This document shows positions 1 to 14,283 of a stretch of DNA of 64,000 nucleotides, in pieces. The notes beneath the pieces were generated by a model. That model had not been told where the DNA came from, did no database searches, and saw nothing but the letters and a program-made list of their open reading frames with translations. The translations under genes were made by a program, and so were the position numbers. The stretch covers positions 88,164,001 through 88,228,000 of the forward strand of contig OX597822.1 of the NCBI GenBank assembly GCA_951406725.2. The letters run 5' to 3'. The first letter of the stretch is position 1. Every line of letters starts with the position of its first letter. Source of the DNA: Octopus vulgaris (lineage: Eukaryota).

Positions 1-410
1 GCTCCAGTCTTGATCTGGCAGTTTAAAAAAGCACATGAGAAAACACAATAGTTGCAGAGACCTGAGATTGCATTATATACTCACTGGATATTTCATCATA
101 CGGTGATGCAGCCAGCTAATTCCTATCCCACTCATAGCTCACACAACACCATAAGTCTTGTTACTTTTCTGACATACCTCGTATATCAATTGTATATGAT
201 ATGATATGGTATGGTATATATGTATGTATGTGTATGCACACATATGTATGTATGTGTGATGTATTTATTTATTAGTATATGAATATTAAAGAGCTAATTA
301 AACTAAGAACGTCCATATTGTGCCATTCAGATTGCTTGTTAACTGTCAGGACACTGTGCACTTCAAATATTCCAAGTTCCAATTTGCCAGCTCTACTTCT
401 GACATACCTG

Positions 411-846
411 GTTCATGGTCTCAAAAATTTGTCCTACGAAGAAAGGCTGAGGACGCTCGACCTTTATTCTCTTGAAAAACGCCGCCGCCGTGGTGATCTC
501 ATTCTCGCCCACAACATCATAAGCGGGAAGTGTAACCTCTCGAAAGAGCTGTTCTTCACTCCTGCTCCGGAGCGTCGGCTGCGGGGTCATTCCGAAAAGC
601 TCTACCTGCGACGATTTCATCTCAATCGAAGGAGAGGAGCTTTCTCCGTCCGGGTTGCGGATCCGTGGAACAAGTTGCCAGATGAGATGGTGAAGATGCC
701 GACGACCGCTTTGTTCAAAGCCTCACTGGACCTCAAGTGGCCTGAACTTTTTACATGAACACCACCCTGTACTTAACTCCATGTCCCCCTACATGGCCTT
801 GCTATTTGCTTTTGAGCCAAATTAACTAACTAACTAACTAACTAAC
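411..846 (+). mobile_element. CR1-group LINE 3' fragment (RT C-terminus, 3'UTR, (AACT)n tail)
   Basis: ORF 279-758 contains GLKNLSYEERLRTLDLYSLEKRRRRGDLI...FSVRVADPWNKLP, typical of the CR1-group ORF2 end. It is a GC-richer block ending in a (TAAC)n tail at about 822-846. Confidence 0.85.
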
Positions 847-1054
847 CTCTGTACCCTTTCCTTTTTGTGGCTCTGTTACTGTTCACTTTTCTGTCTTTTT
901 ATGTTTTATTCCATCTGCTACGCTTGACTTTCTAGCTTTAATTAGTTTTTCTTTACTTTACTTTTTGCTGCTTTCTGTCTCCTTTTTTCCAACAAGTTAT
1001 AGTGCATCTAAGGACTGTGTGCAATAAGCTCGTTATTATTATTATTACTACTGA

Positions 1055-1420
1055 GTGATGAGCTGGCAGAATCATTAGCAAACTGGGCAAAATGCTTAGC
1101 TGTATTTCATCCATCTTTACGTTCTGAATTCAAATTCTTGGGGTTGATGTAATCAATTTATCCCCTACGCTGAACTTACTGGCCTTGTGCCAGAATTCGA
1201 AACTGTTATTAAGGTAGCGAGCTAGCAGAATCATTAGCATGCTGGATGAAATGCTTAGAAGTATTTCCCCCATTGCTATGTTCTGAGATCAAATTCCACT
1301 GAGGTTGACTTTGCCTTTCAATAAATTAATTTACCAATGAAACACTGTGTTCGATTGTAATTGACTAGTCCCCTCCCCTCCCCTCCAAAATTTTAGGCCT
1401 TGTGCCTTTAGTGGAAAGGA
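1055..1420 (+). mobile_element. Two tandem copies of the abundant tRNA-derived SINE (GAGCTGGCAGAATC...GTTCAAAT...TTTGCCTTTCA family)
   Basis: The same sequence recurs at about 14850, 23082 and 42290 (+) and 36715, 44125, 52308, 52577 and 62218 (-). It has a B-box-like GTTCAAAT and an (ATT)n tail. Confidence 0.75.
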
Positions 1421-1423
1421 TTA

Positions 1424-1473
<50 letters not shown>

Positions 1474-1966
1474 GTTATTATTATTATTTAATTTTTTTTT
1501 GGTGGTGGTGGTGGTGGTGGTGGGGGGTCTCAAGTTTGGTCTTATTCCTGGTAGGATTTATGTGGGTAGCAAGTTGCTACCTGTAACCTTAGGTATCCAC
1601 AAGTTTTCAGCTGTCTTTCAAATGCTTAGTACCCTCCTATTAATCCTTGCTGTCCCCAAGAGACAAATTTTCTGTAGGAGCTCTACCGGGCATTCTATTC
1701 CAATCTCCTTCAGCCATTTGTCTATATTTTAGCTTATTGTCCCAACGCACCAATTATTATAGGCATGATCTTTACTGTTCTCATGCTCCAATTTCTTCCT
1801 ATTTCAAATTTCAAGGGTTTGTATTTCTTTTTTTGTTTTTCGTCCTCCTTCTTTATCTTCTTTTTTGTCTTCCTCTTCCTCTGTCCTTTTTTTTTTATTT
1901 ACAATTATTATTATTATCTATTTATTTAATTAAGTATTTATACTCTCTGTTGATTTATCATTTCAG

Positions 1967-2156
1967 AAATTTCATTACATTAGAATTTAATACCAGAAAG
2001 GAAGATGGCCTGCTACTATATGCCTCAGATAAGAATCACAATGACTTCTTAGCTGTTTACCTTGAAAAAGAATATGTAGTGTTTGCTTTCAACTGTGGTG
2101 GTGGAACATCCCGTCAGCAGTCTACATTAAAAGCCAATGATGGACATTGGCATACG
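1967..2156 (+). CDS. LAMA: Laminin alpha chain exon (LG4), first exon in window
   Basis: tttcag|A...ACG|gtaa. Encodes NFITLEFNTRKEDGLLLYASDKNHNDFLAVYL...FNCGGG...NDGHWHT, a laminin G motif. Confidence 0.93.
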
Positions 2157-2646
2157 GTAATCATATATAGACATATTTGTTTTTCCTTTATGGTTTCATC
2201 AAAGGAGAAAGGTCATCCACTTATGACATTTTTCCAGTGCTTCCAAAACTTGTGGGAGAAAATCAACTTTATTCTAGAAAAGAATAGACTTTTTTTTAAA
2301 GGCACTTAATGTCCAGGTTCTGCTATCAGATGAAATTCCCCTGCCAAAAACAGAAATAGTCTCACTGGCAGGTTTCCAAACAGTTGCTGTTTACCAAATT
2401 TCCCTTATAAGTCTTTAGTCAACTAAAGGTGTAGCATACAATCATTGGGTGAATTCCTAGAAATTCTATAGGAAATCAACAAAGTTGGCAACATTTTCAA
2501 CATAATTGTTGAAGGTCTTGCTAATGTTCTAGTATGGAAACTATAGGCATAGTTTTGAACAGGATGTACTTATATGCTATGCAGAAACCACTTAACTTAA
2601 TATGCCGTAAAACATTTAAAAAAAGTTTCTGTTAGCCTGTACAACT

Positions 2647-3029
2647 GAATAGTATCGTTTTTGATATCATCTTTAAACCTGTCAGCTTGTGCCTTCATAT
2701 CTGTTACAGTAAATATATCTAGCAAAAATAATGTGACTATGTATAAAAATAATGCTTTTTTTTTCTAGGATAGCCATATAAAACTTAATCAATTATATAA
2801 AATTTGGGTTTACTTGGCTGTCCAGAAGTTAGTCTGTACATACAGAAGATGCAGTATCTATGGTTTCTCTACTTGGGCCTAATTCATAGAATTTTATGTG
2901 GTTAATCTAAAAAAAGAGCACATTCTTATACATAGTCACATTATCTTTGCTAGATATATTGATTTACTGTAACAGATATGAAGGCACAAGCTGACAGGTT
3001 TAAAGATGATATCAAAAACGATACTATTC
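2647..3029. repeat. Long inverted repeat / foldback element (arms about 120-140 bp)
   Basis: 2647-~2764 is the reverse complement of ~2909-3029 with few mismatches or indels. Confidence 0.9.
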
Positions 3030-3838
3030 TTCTATTTACAATCCATGCATAGTTCTAGTGTAAATTCAGACCCTTATACCTCTCCATGTTTTGATACATA
3101 TATGCTGCAATAGAGAACAACACATATAGCACTACAATATACACAAAAATGATAAACAAATGTCAGTATATGCACAGAGATTAGTGAATGTCTCCATAGA
3201 TGTAAAATATCTTCAGCTAATTTCCTTCTCAATGGAATTTTTAAATTTTTGCTCACCAAAGAAGCTTAAAATAAAGAAATCTTGTGAGTGAAAGGAGCAT
3301 TAGTTGATAACAAATACCTAAATAGATAGGTAAACCAAGTTATATAACAATATAAGAACAAATTAACTAATACAGATACAACAGATGCAATTCACCATAA
3401 CAACACACAAACCATTTGTATATAGTATACTACATGAACCAGATACACCCTAATTACAAAATAGATGAATATGTCATTAATAAAACAACATACTCATATG
3501 CCACAACCAACCACAGTCTTGTGTTAGATATTATATATTTTACAAAAACACCAAAATGGAAAACTTAATCAACATGAAAATACAAACTTACTAATCACAG
3601 TATATGAAGTAAAATTAGAAAGAAAGCACATTAGTTGACGGCACTCTGTAGAATGCCACAAAAATGTGAAAATAAACTCTATTCTTTTTATTTATCAATA
3701 CTCGATGTGTATATTTATCCTTTTGTGGTCAGATAAGTACTAGCTGAGTGCTGGGGTTGATGTAACAGACTAGTTCTCTCCTCTAATTTCATCCCTTGTC
3801 CTATAGTAGAAAAAATTACTTATTGTTTGTTGTTTTAG

Positions 3839-4000
3839 CTGTCAATAAAACTGGAGAAAAAGGAAGCTGCTTTACAAGTCGATCGAGAACCTCTAATTCG
3901 GTTCACTGGAAAAGGAAAGTCGAAAGAGCTCAATGTTCAGAAAGAGATCTATGTTGGCGGCATCCAACCACAACCTAAGAAGTTCATTGATAATGTCAAT
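3839..4000 (+). CDS. LAMA: Laminin alpha exon (LG4)
   Basis: ttttag|CTG...AAT|gtaagt, 162 nt, phase 0/0. Encodes LSIKLEKKEAALQVD...LNVQKEIYVGGIQP. Confidence 0.92.
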
Positions 4001-5075
4001 GTAAGTGGAATAAACTTTCTAATGTTTTTGTGTTTATGTGTTTGTGCAAATGACCACAAGCTATAGAAAAAAGTATGCATGTGTTTGAGTGGAGCTCAGT
4101 TGTAGAATTAGGTTTTAAAATCACACACACAAATGCACAAACATGCATTTATATCTGCCAAATTATACATTGTTACACATAAGTAATAACTATCACAACA
4201 GATGTATATCTCTGCATATCATCATCGTCATATCCACTTGTCCATGTTTGTGTGAGTCAGACAGAAATCATTGAGGCAAATTTTCTTCTATGGCTAGATA
4301 CTCTTCCTGTTGCCAATCCTCACCTACTACCAAGCAAAGTAATAATCCTGTAGTCTGACGTTCAACAAAACAGTCCAGACATAGTTATGAGCCTTTTTTT
4401 TGCTTACAAAGCTCACACAACATAACAAGAAGCTCTGACATGTTTTTGTGGTTGACTGCAAACATACAACACTCCTGTATTTGATAACAAGGCTGCTGCT
4501 TTGTTTTCAGAAACCAAGCATATAAAGACAAGAAGACATCCAACACTCGCACACGCACATAGTAAACTTCTTCAATTTCTGTCTACCAATGTCACTCATA
4601 AGGTATTGGTCAACCCACAGCTATGAAATAGAACATTATCCAACAGTGTGTGAGTGGGAAAATATTTAATCCATCAATGCCTATGGCAAAACAGAATACA
4701 TATTTTGTCAAATTAATGGTCATGGAATAAATATATATACAAGTGTGTGTGTGTGTCTCTTTATGTGTATGTGTATGTGTGTGTCTGTTTATCTTTCTTT
4801 CTTTAATCAATCAAATGCTTGTGTAAGCATGGTATAAAGAGACACCATGTGGTGCTCAGATAAATCTGAATCTTAAACCCACAACTTCTTCAGTGGTGTT
4901 AAGTAGTGTGAAGGAAGAGAATCAGTCGTAAGAACAATCATCATCAAGTGGATATGAAAGTAAAAAGACAAACAATAACAGATGTACAGAATGTATTTAT
5001 ATGAAAAATTGCATTTACAATTTGCAAGATTTTTATACATTTCATATAGATATATTCCTTATGCCTGTTTTTCTA

Positions 5076-5116
<41 letters not shown>

Positions 5117-5118
<2 letters not shown>

Positions 5119-6323
5119 TCATCATCGTTTAATGTCCTCTTTCCATGCAAACATGGGTTGCACGGTTTGACTGAGGGCTGGCGAACCAGATGGCTGCACC
5201 AGGCTCCAGTCTTGATCTGGCAAAGTTTCTACAGCTGGATGCCCTTCCTAACGCCAACCACTCCGAGAGTATAGTGGGTGCTTTTACATGCCACCGGCAC
5301 AGGGGCCAGTCAGGCGGTACTGGCAACGACCTCACTCAAATTCTTTTATACATGCCAACGGCACAGGTGCCAGTAAGGCGATGCTGGTAACGATCCCACT
5401 CGAATGGTGCTTCTTTCATGCCACCTGCATGGAAGCCAGTTAGCCGCTCTGGCAACAATCACGCTCGGATGGTGCTCGTGCCCGTCATCGAATTTCACTT
5501 TGATTTTGATTTCGATTTCACTTGCCTCAACAGGTCTTCGCAAGTAGAGTTTAGTGTCCGAAGAAGGAAAAGGTACGCACAAGTGGGCTGGTTACGCCCC
5601 TGGCATAGGCCACAAGGTTATGGTCTCATTTGGCTTGCTGGGTCTTCTCAAGCACAGCATATTTCTAAAGGTCTCAGTCACTAGTAATTTCCTTGGTAAG
5701 GCCTAAAGTTCGAAGGTTGTGCTTCACCACTTCATCCCAGGTCTTCCTGAACCTACCTCTTCCACAGGTTCCCTCAACCGCTAGGGTGTGGCACTTTTTC
5801 ACACAGCTATCCTCATCCATTCTCACTACATGACCATACCAGCGCAGTCGTCTCTCTTGCACACCACATCTGATGCTTCTTAGGTCCAACTTTTCTCTCA
5901 AGGTACTTACATTCTGTCAAGTATGCACACTGACATTACACATCCATTGGATCATACTGGTTTCATTCCTTGCGAGCTTACGCATGTCCTCAGCAGTCAC
6001 AGCCCATGTTTCACTGCCATGTAGCATGGTTGTTTGTACACAAGTGTCATACAGTCTACCTTTTACTCTGAGCGAGAGGCCCTTTGTCACCAGCAGAGGT
6101 AAGAGCTCTCTGAACTATGCCGAAGCTATTCTTATTCTAGCAGCTACACTTTCAGAGCACCCTCCCCTACTACTGACTTGGTCACCTAGGTAACGGAAGC
6201 TATCAACTACTTCTAGTTTTTCTCCCTGGAATGTGGCGGAAGTTGTTCTCTGCGCATTTTCAGTGTTTATTGCACCAGAGCATCTGCCACATACAAAAGC
6301 TATCTTTCCAGTTAGCCTTCATT

Positions 6324-6326
<3 letters not shown>
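5117..6326 (-). mobile_element. RTE-clade LINE, 5'-truncated 1.2 kb copy with (ATG)n tail
   Basis: ORF 5674-5901 has RRLRWYGHVVRM...RGR.RKTW. Close match to the 3' part of 46609-50077. Both ends abut (TA)n. Confidence 0.92.
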
Positions 6327-6394
<68 letters not shown>

Positions 6395-6495
6395 TATATA
6401 CATATACATATATATATATATGTAAAATATATATATACATATATACATATAAAACGGGAAGCTTTATGAAAATAGACAAAAGACGAAAGGCATAA

Positions 6496-8345
<1,850 letters not shown>

Positions 8346-8574
8346 GGGAATAAATCCAAATTTACAGGAAAAAATCAGATTTAGGATTAAATCCAATTTT
8401 ATAGTAAAATATTATATAATATTTCAACCGATTCTGATGAAACTACACACACATATGTCATAATTCATATATATATATATATATATAACTAGGGGACGCA
8501 ACTCCATATATTTACCATCATTTTTTCCATTTTTTTGCTATTTTTGCTATAACTCTCTAAAATGCTTTATATTA

Positions 8575-8708
<134 letters not shown>

Positions 8709-9363
8709 ATATATAATATATCAAAATTTAGGTTAGTTAAAATATGTTTTTTGACATACTTCAACTGCTAAAAGGCAAATTCACTGCAGTTACTGTTGAG
8801 GAAATATCTTCCTTGTAGTAATAACACCTGGTTTGTTCAGTGTCAGCATCTATCAGGAATCCCAGGCTTTGATGTTTTGAGTTTTTTGACTCTTGTCAAT
8901 TGGATGTACCTAAGGGAGGAAACAACTTATGAAATAATAGCTTTATGTAAAATTCAGTCAACAATGTTGACTGATTTGCACTGGTAGATCACCCGATCAA
9001 GGAAAATAACAAAATGTAAGCACCAAGCAGTAATGAATACTTTGAGTACCTGTTGTATTCAGTGTTGTTTACCTCACTGTGAGCTGTATACTTGGCATCA
9101 TAAATGTTGATGGGCTTTGATTTTAATGAATCCTAATAACCAAATTGTGTGTGTGTGTGTGTGTGCATGTGTGTATAGATGAGCTTCTTTCAGTTTCCAT
9201 GTTTATATCTAGCAAATCCACTCCACTCATAAGGCCAGGATTTTAGTAGAAGCACATCCCAATGGGCTATGCAGTAGCATAAACATGCCTATGCTATGCA
9301 CACACACACACACACACACACATCTTACATACATCTATATATTCATGTATTAATTTATTGCAG

Positions 9364-9523
9364 ATATCAAGCCATCAGTTCATTGGTTGTATGAGAAACT
9401 TAAAGATGAACAAAAAACTTATTTCTGAAAATAACTTTGGTAAGAAACAATCTGTGAAACCATGCTATGACAAAGATGAAGAAGGTGTTTTCATTGGTGC
9501 GAATGGAGGTCATATTAAACTTT
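9364..9523 (+). CDS. LAMA: Laminin alpha exon (LG4 end and linker)
   Basis: ttgcag|ATA...CTT T|gtaagt. Encodes ISSHQFIGCMRNLKMN...VKPCYDKDEEGVFIGANGGHIKL. Confidence 0.93.
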
Positions 9524-9716
9524 GTAAGTAAATAATTATTCTTTTTTTTTATTCTTTTAATTAATTCGGTCATTTGACAGCGGCCATGCTGGAGCATCAC
9601 CTTAAAGGGATTTTAGTCAAAGAAATTGACCCCACAGGGACATAAACACACCAGCATCAGTTATCAACTGATGGTGGAGGGACAAATACAGACACATACA
9701 CATAAATATATGCATA

Positions 9717-9912
9717 TCATCATCATCATCATCATCGTTTAAACGTCCGTTTTCCGCTCTAGCATGGGTTGGACGGTTCGACCGGGGTCTGGGAAGCCAG
9801 GAGGCTGCACCAGGCTTCAGTCTGATCTGGCAGTGTTTCTACAGCTGGATGCCCTTCCTAACACCAACCACTCCGTGAATGTAGTGGGTGCTTTTTACGT
9901 GCCACCGGCACA
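9717..9912 (-). mobile_element. Short RTE 3'-end copy or RTE-tailed SINE
   Basis: (CAT)n-CGTTTAA...GGATGCCCTTCCTAAC...GCCACCGGCAC matches the 3'UTR of the RTE copies. Ends at (TA)n. Confidence 0.8.
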
Positions 9913-9929
9913 AATATATATATATATAT

Positions 9930-9977
<48 letters not shown>

Positions 9978-10587
9978 GCTTCTTTCAGTTTCCATCAACC
10001 AAATCCTCTCACAAGGGTTTGGTCAGCCCAAAGACACTTGCCCAAGGTACTATGCAGGTGGGACTGAATCCAGAACCATGTGATTGGGAAGCAAGCTTCT
10101 TACCACACAGCCATGCCTGCACCTATAAAAATGATGAACAGCCTTAAGTTTTGAACCTTGGGTTCTCATCAAGTTATGCTTTTTCTCTCTTTCACATTCC
10201 CATTCCACCCATCTATCCATCTTCTCTGCCCAGTATTTATGGGAGAGTCATGGGAGTAGAGTCCTCAGACACCTTCTCCATAAGGTCCTATCAGCAGTAA
10301 CAATAATTGAACTTTGTGATTGGATTCCCAAGTGTGACCAACTGAGACTATGGACATTATCTAACCATTTTGTTCTCGGTCTACTCCTATTTGTCCTACT
10401 TGGATGGTTCAGCTTGAAGAATCTGTCTTACAATTCATTTCATCTGTCTTTTATGTTCTGAGCTCAAACTCTGCTGTGGTTGACTTTTATCCTTTCTAGG
10501 CCAATAAAATAAGCACTGGTTAAGCACCCCTCTTCCCCTCAAAAATTCAGGCTTTGTACCTATAATAGAGAGGGTTATTATTATTGT

Positions 10588-10640
<53 letters not shown>

Positions 10641-11249
10641 TCTAGACAAACAAAGTAGAAGGTACTTGTCCAGTGTGTTGTGCAGTAAGTCTGAACCTGA
10701 GCCCACATGGTTTGGAAGGAAGCTTCTCAGCTACAACACTATACATACATATGTGTGTATGCGTTCATGCATGTGTGGTAGGTTCAGTACAATTACTCTG
10801 CTTTCAAGGCTGTTGTAGAAAACACACTTGCTCAAGGGACTGTGGAATATGATCAATCTTAAGGCTGTATTGTTGCAAAACAAACTTCCTCACTAAGTAG
10901 TTTAGTTGTTGCTATTTTCATTTTTGTCGTTGTTGTTGCTGTTTAACCTTTGGTTAACACTGATCAAGCAGGCTCCAGTTTCAATAATTAATCTTGTTTT
11001 TCTTTTACCTAAAATAGTGTTTCTTGGACAATATCATCAAATGAGTCTTTCCATTATTGAAGTTGTTATATGTGATTTAGCAGCCATATGGCTGCTATTT
11101 CTAGCAGGTGAATCACCATGTAGCGGGTCATCTCACCGAGAGAGAGGAAAGCAGAAAGAGAGGGAGAGAGAGCACTACAATTTGTCTTTTACTCTTTTAA
11201 ATAATTTCATATTTACAATTTTAAATGTTTATTCCTTTTTCATTTGCAG

Positions 11250-11377
11250 TGGACCGGTTCTACGTTGGAACTGATCTAACAGTTGCCTTTGAAATGAAAC
11301 CTCGGACTATTAATGGCGTTCTCTTTGCTGTTCATGCTGTCAAAGAATATTTAGTAATTGGACTTAAAGATGGAAAT
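11250..11377 (+). CDS. LAMA: Laminin alpha exon (LG5)
   Basis: ttgcag|TG...AAT|gtatgt. Encodes LDRFYVGTDLTVAFEMKPRTINGVLFAVHA...GLKDGN, resembling alpha3/5 (LanA-type) LG5. Confidence 0.93.
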
Positions 11378-11519
11378 GTATGTTAAATTTTTACTTTCTC
11401 CATTTTGTTTCCATTTATTTTCAACAGACTTGTTAACCCTTTTCTGACAATATTCCTTATAACCAAACTCTAAGTATTTCAGTAATTCTTCCTTAAAATT
11501 AAGATGTTAGAAGAGATTA

Positions 11520-12410
11520 ATGAAATATTGTAATGCTATATATATTGGTATGTAATATCATTAATATTGTATATTGGTATATAATATCTGTAATGATGTA
11601 TATATATATTGGTATATAATACTGTAATGGTGTGTATTTGTATATAATGTCAGTAGTAATTGGTATATACTATCATTAATGATGTATTTTGGTATATAAT
11701 AGTTTATATCTCTATATATATAAAAGGCAGTTTGTCTGTCTGTGTGTCTGTCAGGTTGTACCCTCACCCTGACCATGGCTTTCAACCGATTCTGATGAAA
11801 CTTGACACACACATAGCCCAATGTCATAATTCAAAACTAACGCAGCGAAAATTTTGAAAAGTTCATCCAGTCCTGAAAAAAATCGATAAATTCGACATGG
11901 GGTCGAGAATCTAAGCTTATCATATGCAACACATTTTCCGTTGTAGTTTTATTAACTTGCAATCGATTTTCACTAAACTCATGGTGAAGCTTAATGTTAC
12001 CCCAAGGAACTTAATTCTGACGTTAGTTTTCCATGCAATACCTTAACATCAGAAAAAATCAATAAAATCATGGCATTTTGGGAAATCGCGTTCAAATTCA
12101 AGATGACATATTTTCGACAATATCTTTAACAAATTGGCAGGAATTTTCTTTGAACTTCACAGCGAGCATCATGTCTGCTCCAAGGAGCTATATGGCCCTT
12201 TTGATTCCAATAGGATACGTTATTACTGGAAAAAATCAGTTTTATCGACAAAGTTTCTTTCATACCCGGGCAACGCTGGGCTATGCTGCTAGTTAGTATA
12301 TAATATCTGTAAAGTTGTATAATATGTTATGGTGCATATTGGTGTATATCAGTAATGATATATATTGGTATATCAAAAGTGACATATATTGGTATATAAT
12401 ATCAATAACA
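11520..12410. repeat. Degenerate ~29-bp minisatellite (TATATTGGTATATAATATC.GTAATG) interrupted by a Helitron-type element
   Basis: Units at 11520-11705 resume at 12293-12410, with further units near 13860-13980. Confidence 0.7.
11709..12292 (+). mobile_element. Non-autonomous Helitron-type element
   Basis: 5' TC-TCTATATATATAAAA, internal (GTCT)n, 3' GC hairpin CCCGGGCAACGCTGGG, terminal CTAG. Inserted between A and T with no TSD. Confidence 0.82.
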
Positions 12411-12411
12411 T

Positions 12412-12630
12412 GGAGGCACATGGCTTAGTAGTTAGGGTGTTGCAGTCCTGATCATGAGATTGTGGTTTCGGTTCCTGAACTGGGTGATGTGTATGCTCTT
12501 GGGTAAAACTACTTCATTTCACTTTGCTCCAGTTCACTCATTTACCAAAAATTAGTAAACCTGTGACAGACTAGCATCCCATCCAAGTGAAGATATATAC
12601 ACCAAAGAATCCAGGAAACTAGCCTTATGA
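12412..12630 (+). mobile_element. tRNA-derived SINE (family 2)
   Basis: A-box-like TGGCTTAGTAG and B-box-like GGTTTCGGTTCC. Similar to 60597-60941 and to the head of 46270-46570. Confidence 0.65.
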
Positions 12631-13008
12631 GCCTATGCAACACTGGATTAACTTTTAAGCAAAATAAGCATGTGCTTAGGGAATCAAGGAAAGGAGGGCA
12701 CCAAAAAATGGTAAATGGTCTACTGCACTAAAGAAATCACTTTAAACTTGCTAAAATGATATTTGGGATGCCTTATCTCTACTGAGTGTAGAAGTAGATG
12801 TGTTACATGAGATGAATTGCAATTAAAAAAGAAGAAAACTTTTCAAATATAAATGAAGTGGAAGTATACAAAAATAAACATTAATTTTGTGGTTTAATAT
12901 TGTTACATTTTGAAGGGGCACCAAAATCTTTTAAGCTTCTATAGGCCTAAATCCAACCCTGAGCCTAAGGCTGAGGAAGGGCTTTTGACCTTTTTTTTTT
13001 AATATCAA

Positions 13009-13314
13009 CTAGCAGTATCGTCCGGCGTTGCTCGGGTTTGTAAGGGAAATAACTATATAAGCATTTTTAGAGAGTTACTTCCCTTATATAAAACTGAGTA
13101 AAAAATGCATTAAAAAAACGAAAAAATGATGCTAATTTTTATTTTAAATCATAGACTCATCGTAGACGCTAATACCCAGAAGGGCTCGATATGAATCACA
13201 ACTTTAAGATACCCGCTTTTGGTTAAACTGCTCCGCAAAATGTGGGAGTAGTTAGGAATCTAAATCGGAGTAAACAGACTCTCACACACACAACTTCAGT
13301 TTTATATATAAAGA
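13009..13314 (-). mobile_element. Non-autonomous Helitron-type element
   Basis: On the - strand: 5' TCTTTATATATAAAA, then CCCGAGCAACGCCGGA hairpin, then CTAG 3'. A|T insertion site. Confidence 0.82.
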
Positions 13315-14183
13315 TAACAGTGTACATTGCTATGATATTTGTGATGGGATATACTGATATGTGATATATGCAGCAAAAAATATTAAATAACAGTGTTATT
13401 TAATTAAATTGTAATTTTTTTTTTCTGTTTGGTCAGTAAGTGTTGTTTCCTATTTGCTTCTATCTAGAAATCAAAGGAAATGACTACTATTCTTTTGTGA
13501 CCTGGACATCAATGTTTTGAAACTGACCTATTTTCCATTACATTTCAGACATCCAGGTTCAGCATTAAGCTGCTCAAGCAGAAATATCGTTATTGTAAAT
13601 ATTCTGCTCAATACCACAGATTTGCTTGTCAGTTGCTTGACCATAACCACTTGAACATGTCACTTAGTGACTGGCAATATGTGCATCTCTAATCATGAGC
13701 AGGAGTAGTGGGAGAGCATCAAAGACATGTGTTGAGATGGAGTCTTTGGGGTTTGAATAAATGTAACAAAAGCAAAGTTTGAAGGAAATATTAGCCATTT
13801 TTCATACTTTCTGGGGGTAAGCAGATAGGAAATAACAGTTGCTGTCCAAGGACAAAAATCATGTTACAGTATAATATGAATATTGGTAGATAATGCTGTA
13901 TAAAATCTGTAACAGTGTATATTGCTTTATAATGGTAGGTATTGGTATATAATATCAGTAATGCTATATAATGGCATATAATGCAGGCTCTGCTTGGCAA
14001 AGAAGGAGATAATTTTTGAGATCTTGCAAAGGGATTTTTGTATCTGACTTCTGGAAAAACTAACAATCTATGCCAGTATACAGAGAATATATATATATAT
14101 ATATATTTATTTATTTATATATCTGTATGTGTCTGTATCTATTCCTGACTTTATTAAATATTATTTTCCTTAACCTTTTTCAG

Positions 14184-14283
14184 ATTTATGCTACTGCTAA
14201 TAATGAAGGTAATGAATTCACTGCTAAAATAAATTCACAACGCAATATGACCATTTGTAATGGGAAATGGTATACGGTTGAAA
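14184..14283 (+). CDS. LAMA: Laminin alpha exon (LG5)
   Basis: tttcag|ATT...GAA A|gtaagt. Encodes IYATANNEGNEFTAKI...ICNGKWYTVE. Confidence 0.93.

Noticed and set aside
1647-2309. 220-aa ORF as a standalone gene
   Set aside because: Only 1967-2156 is a laminin exon; the rest is in-frame intron.
11781-11805. CTGATGAAAC as a hammerhead core
   Set aside because: There is no stem II between CTGATGA and GAAA; it is ordinary Helitron internal sequence.
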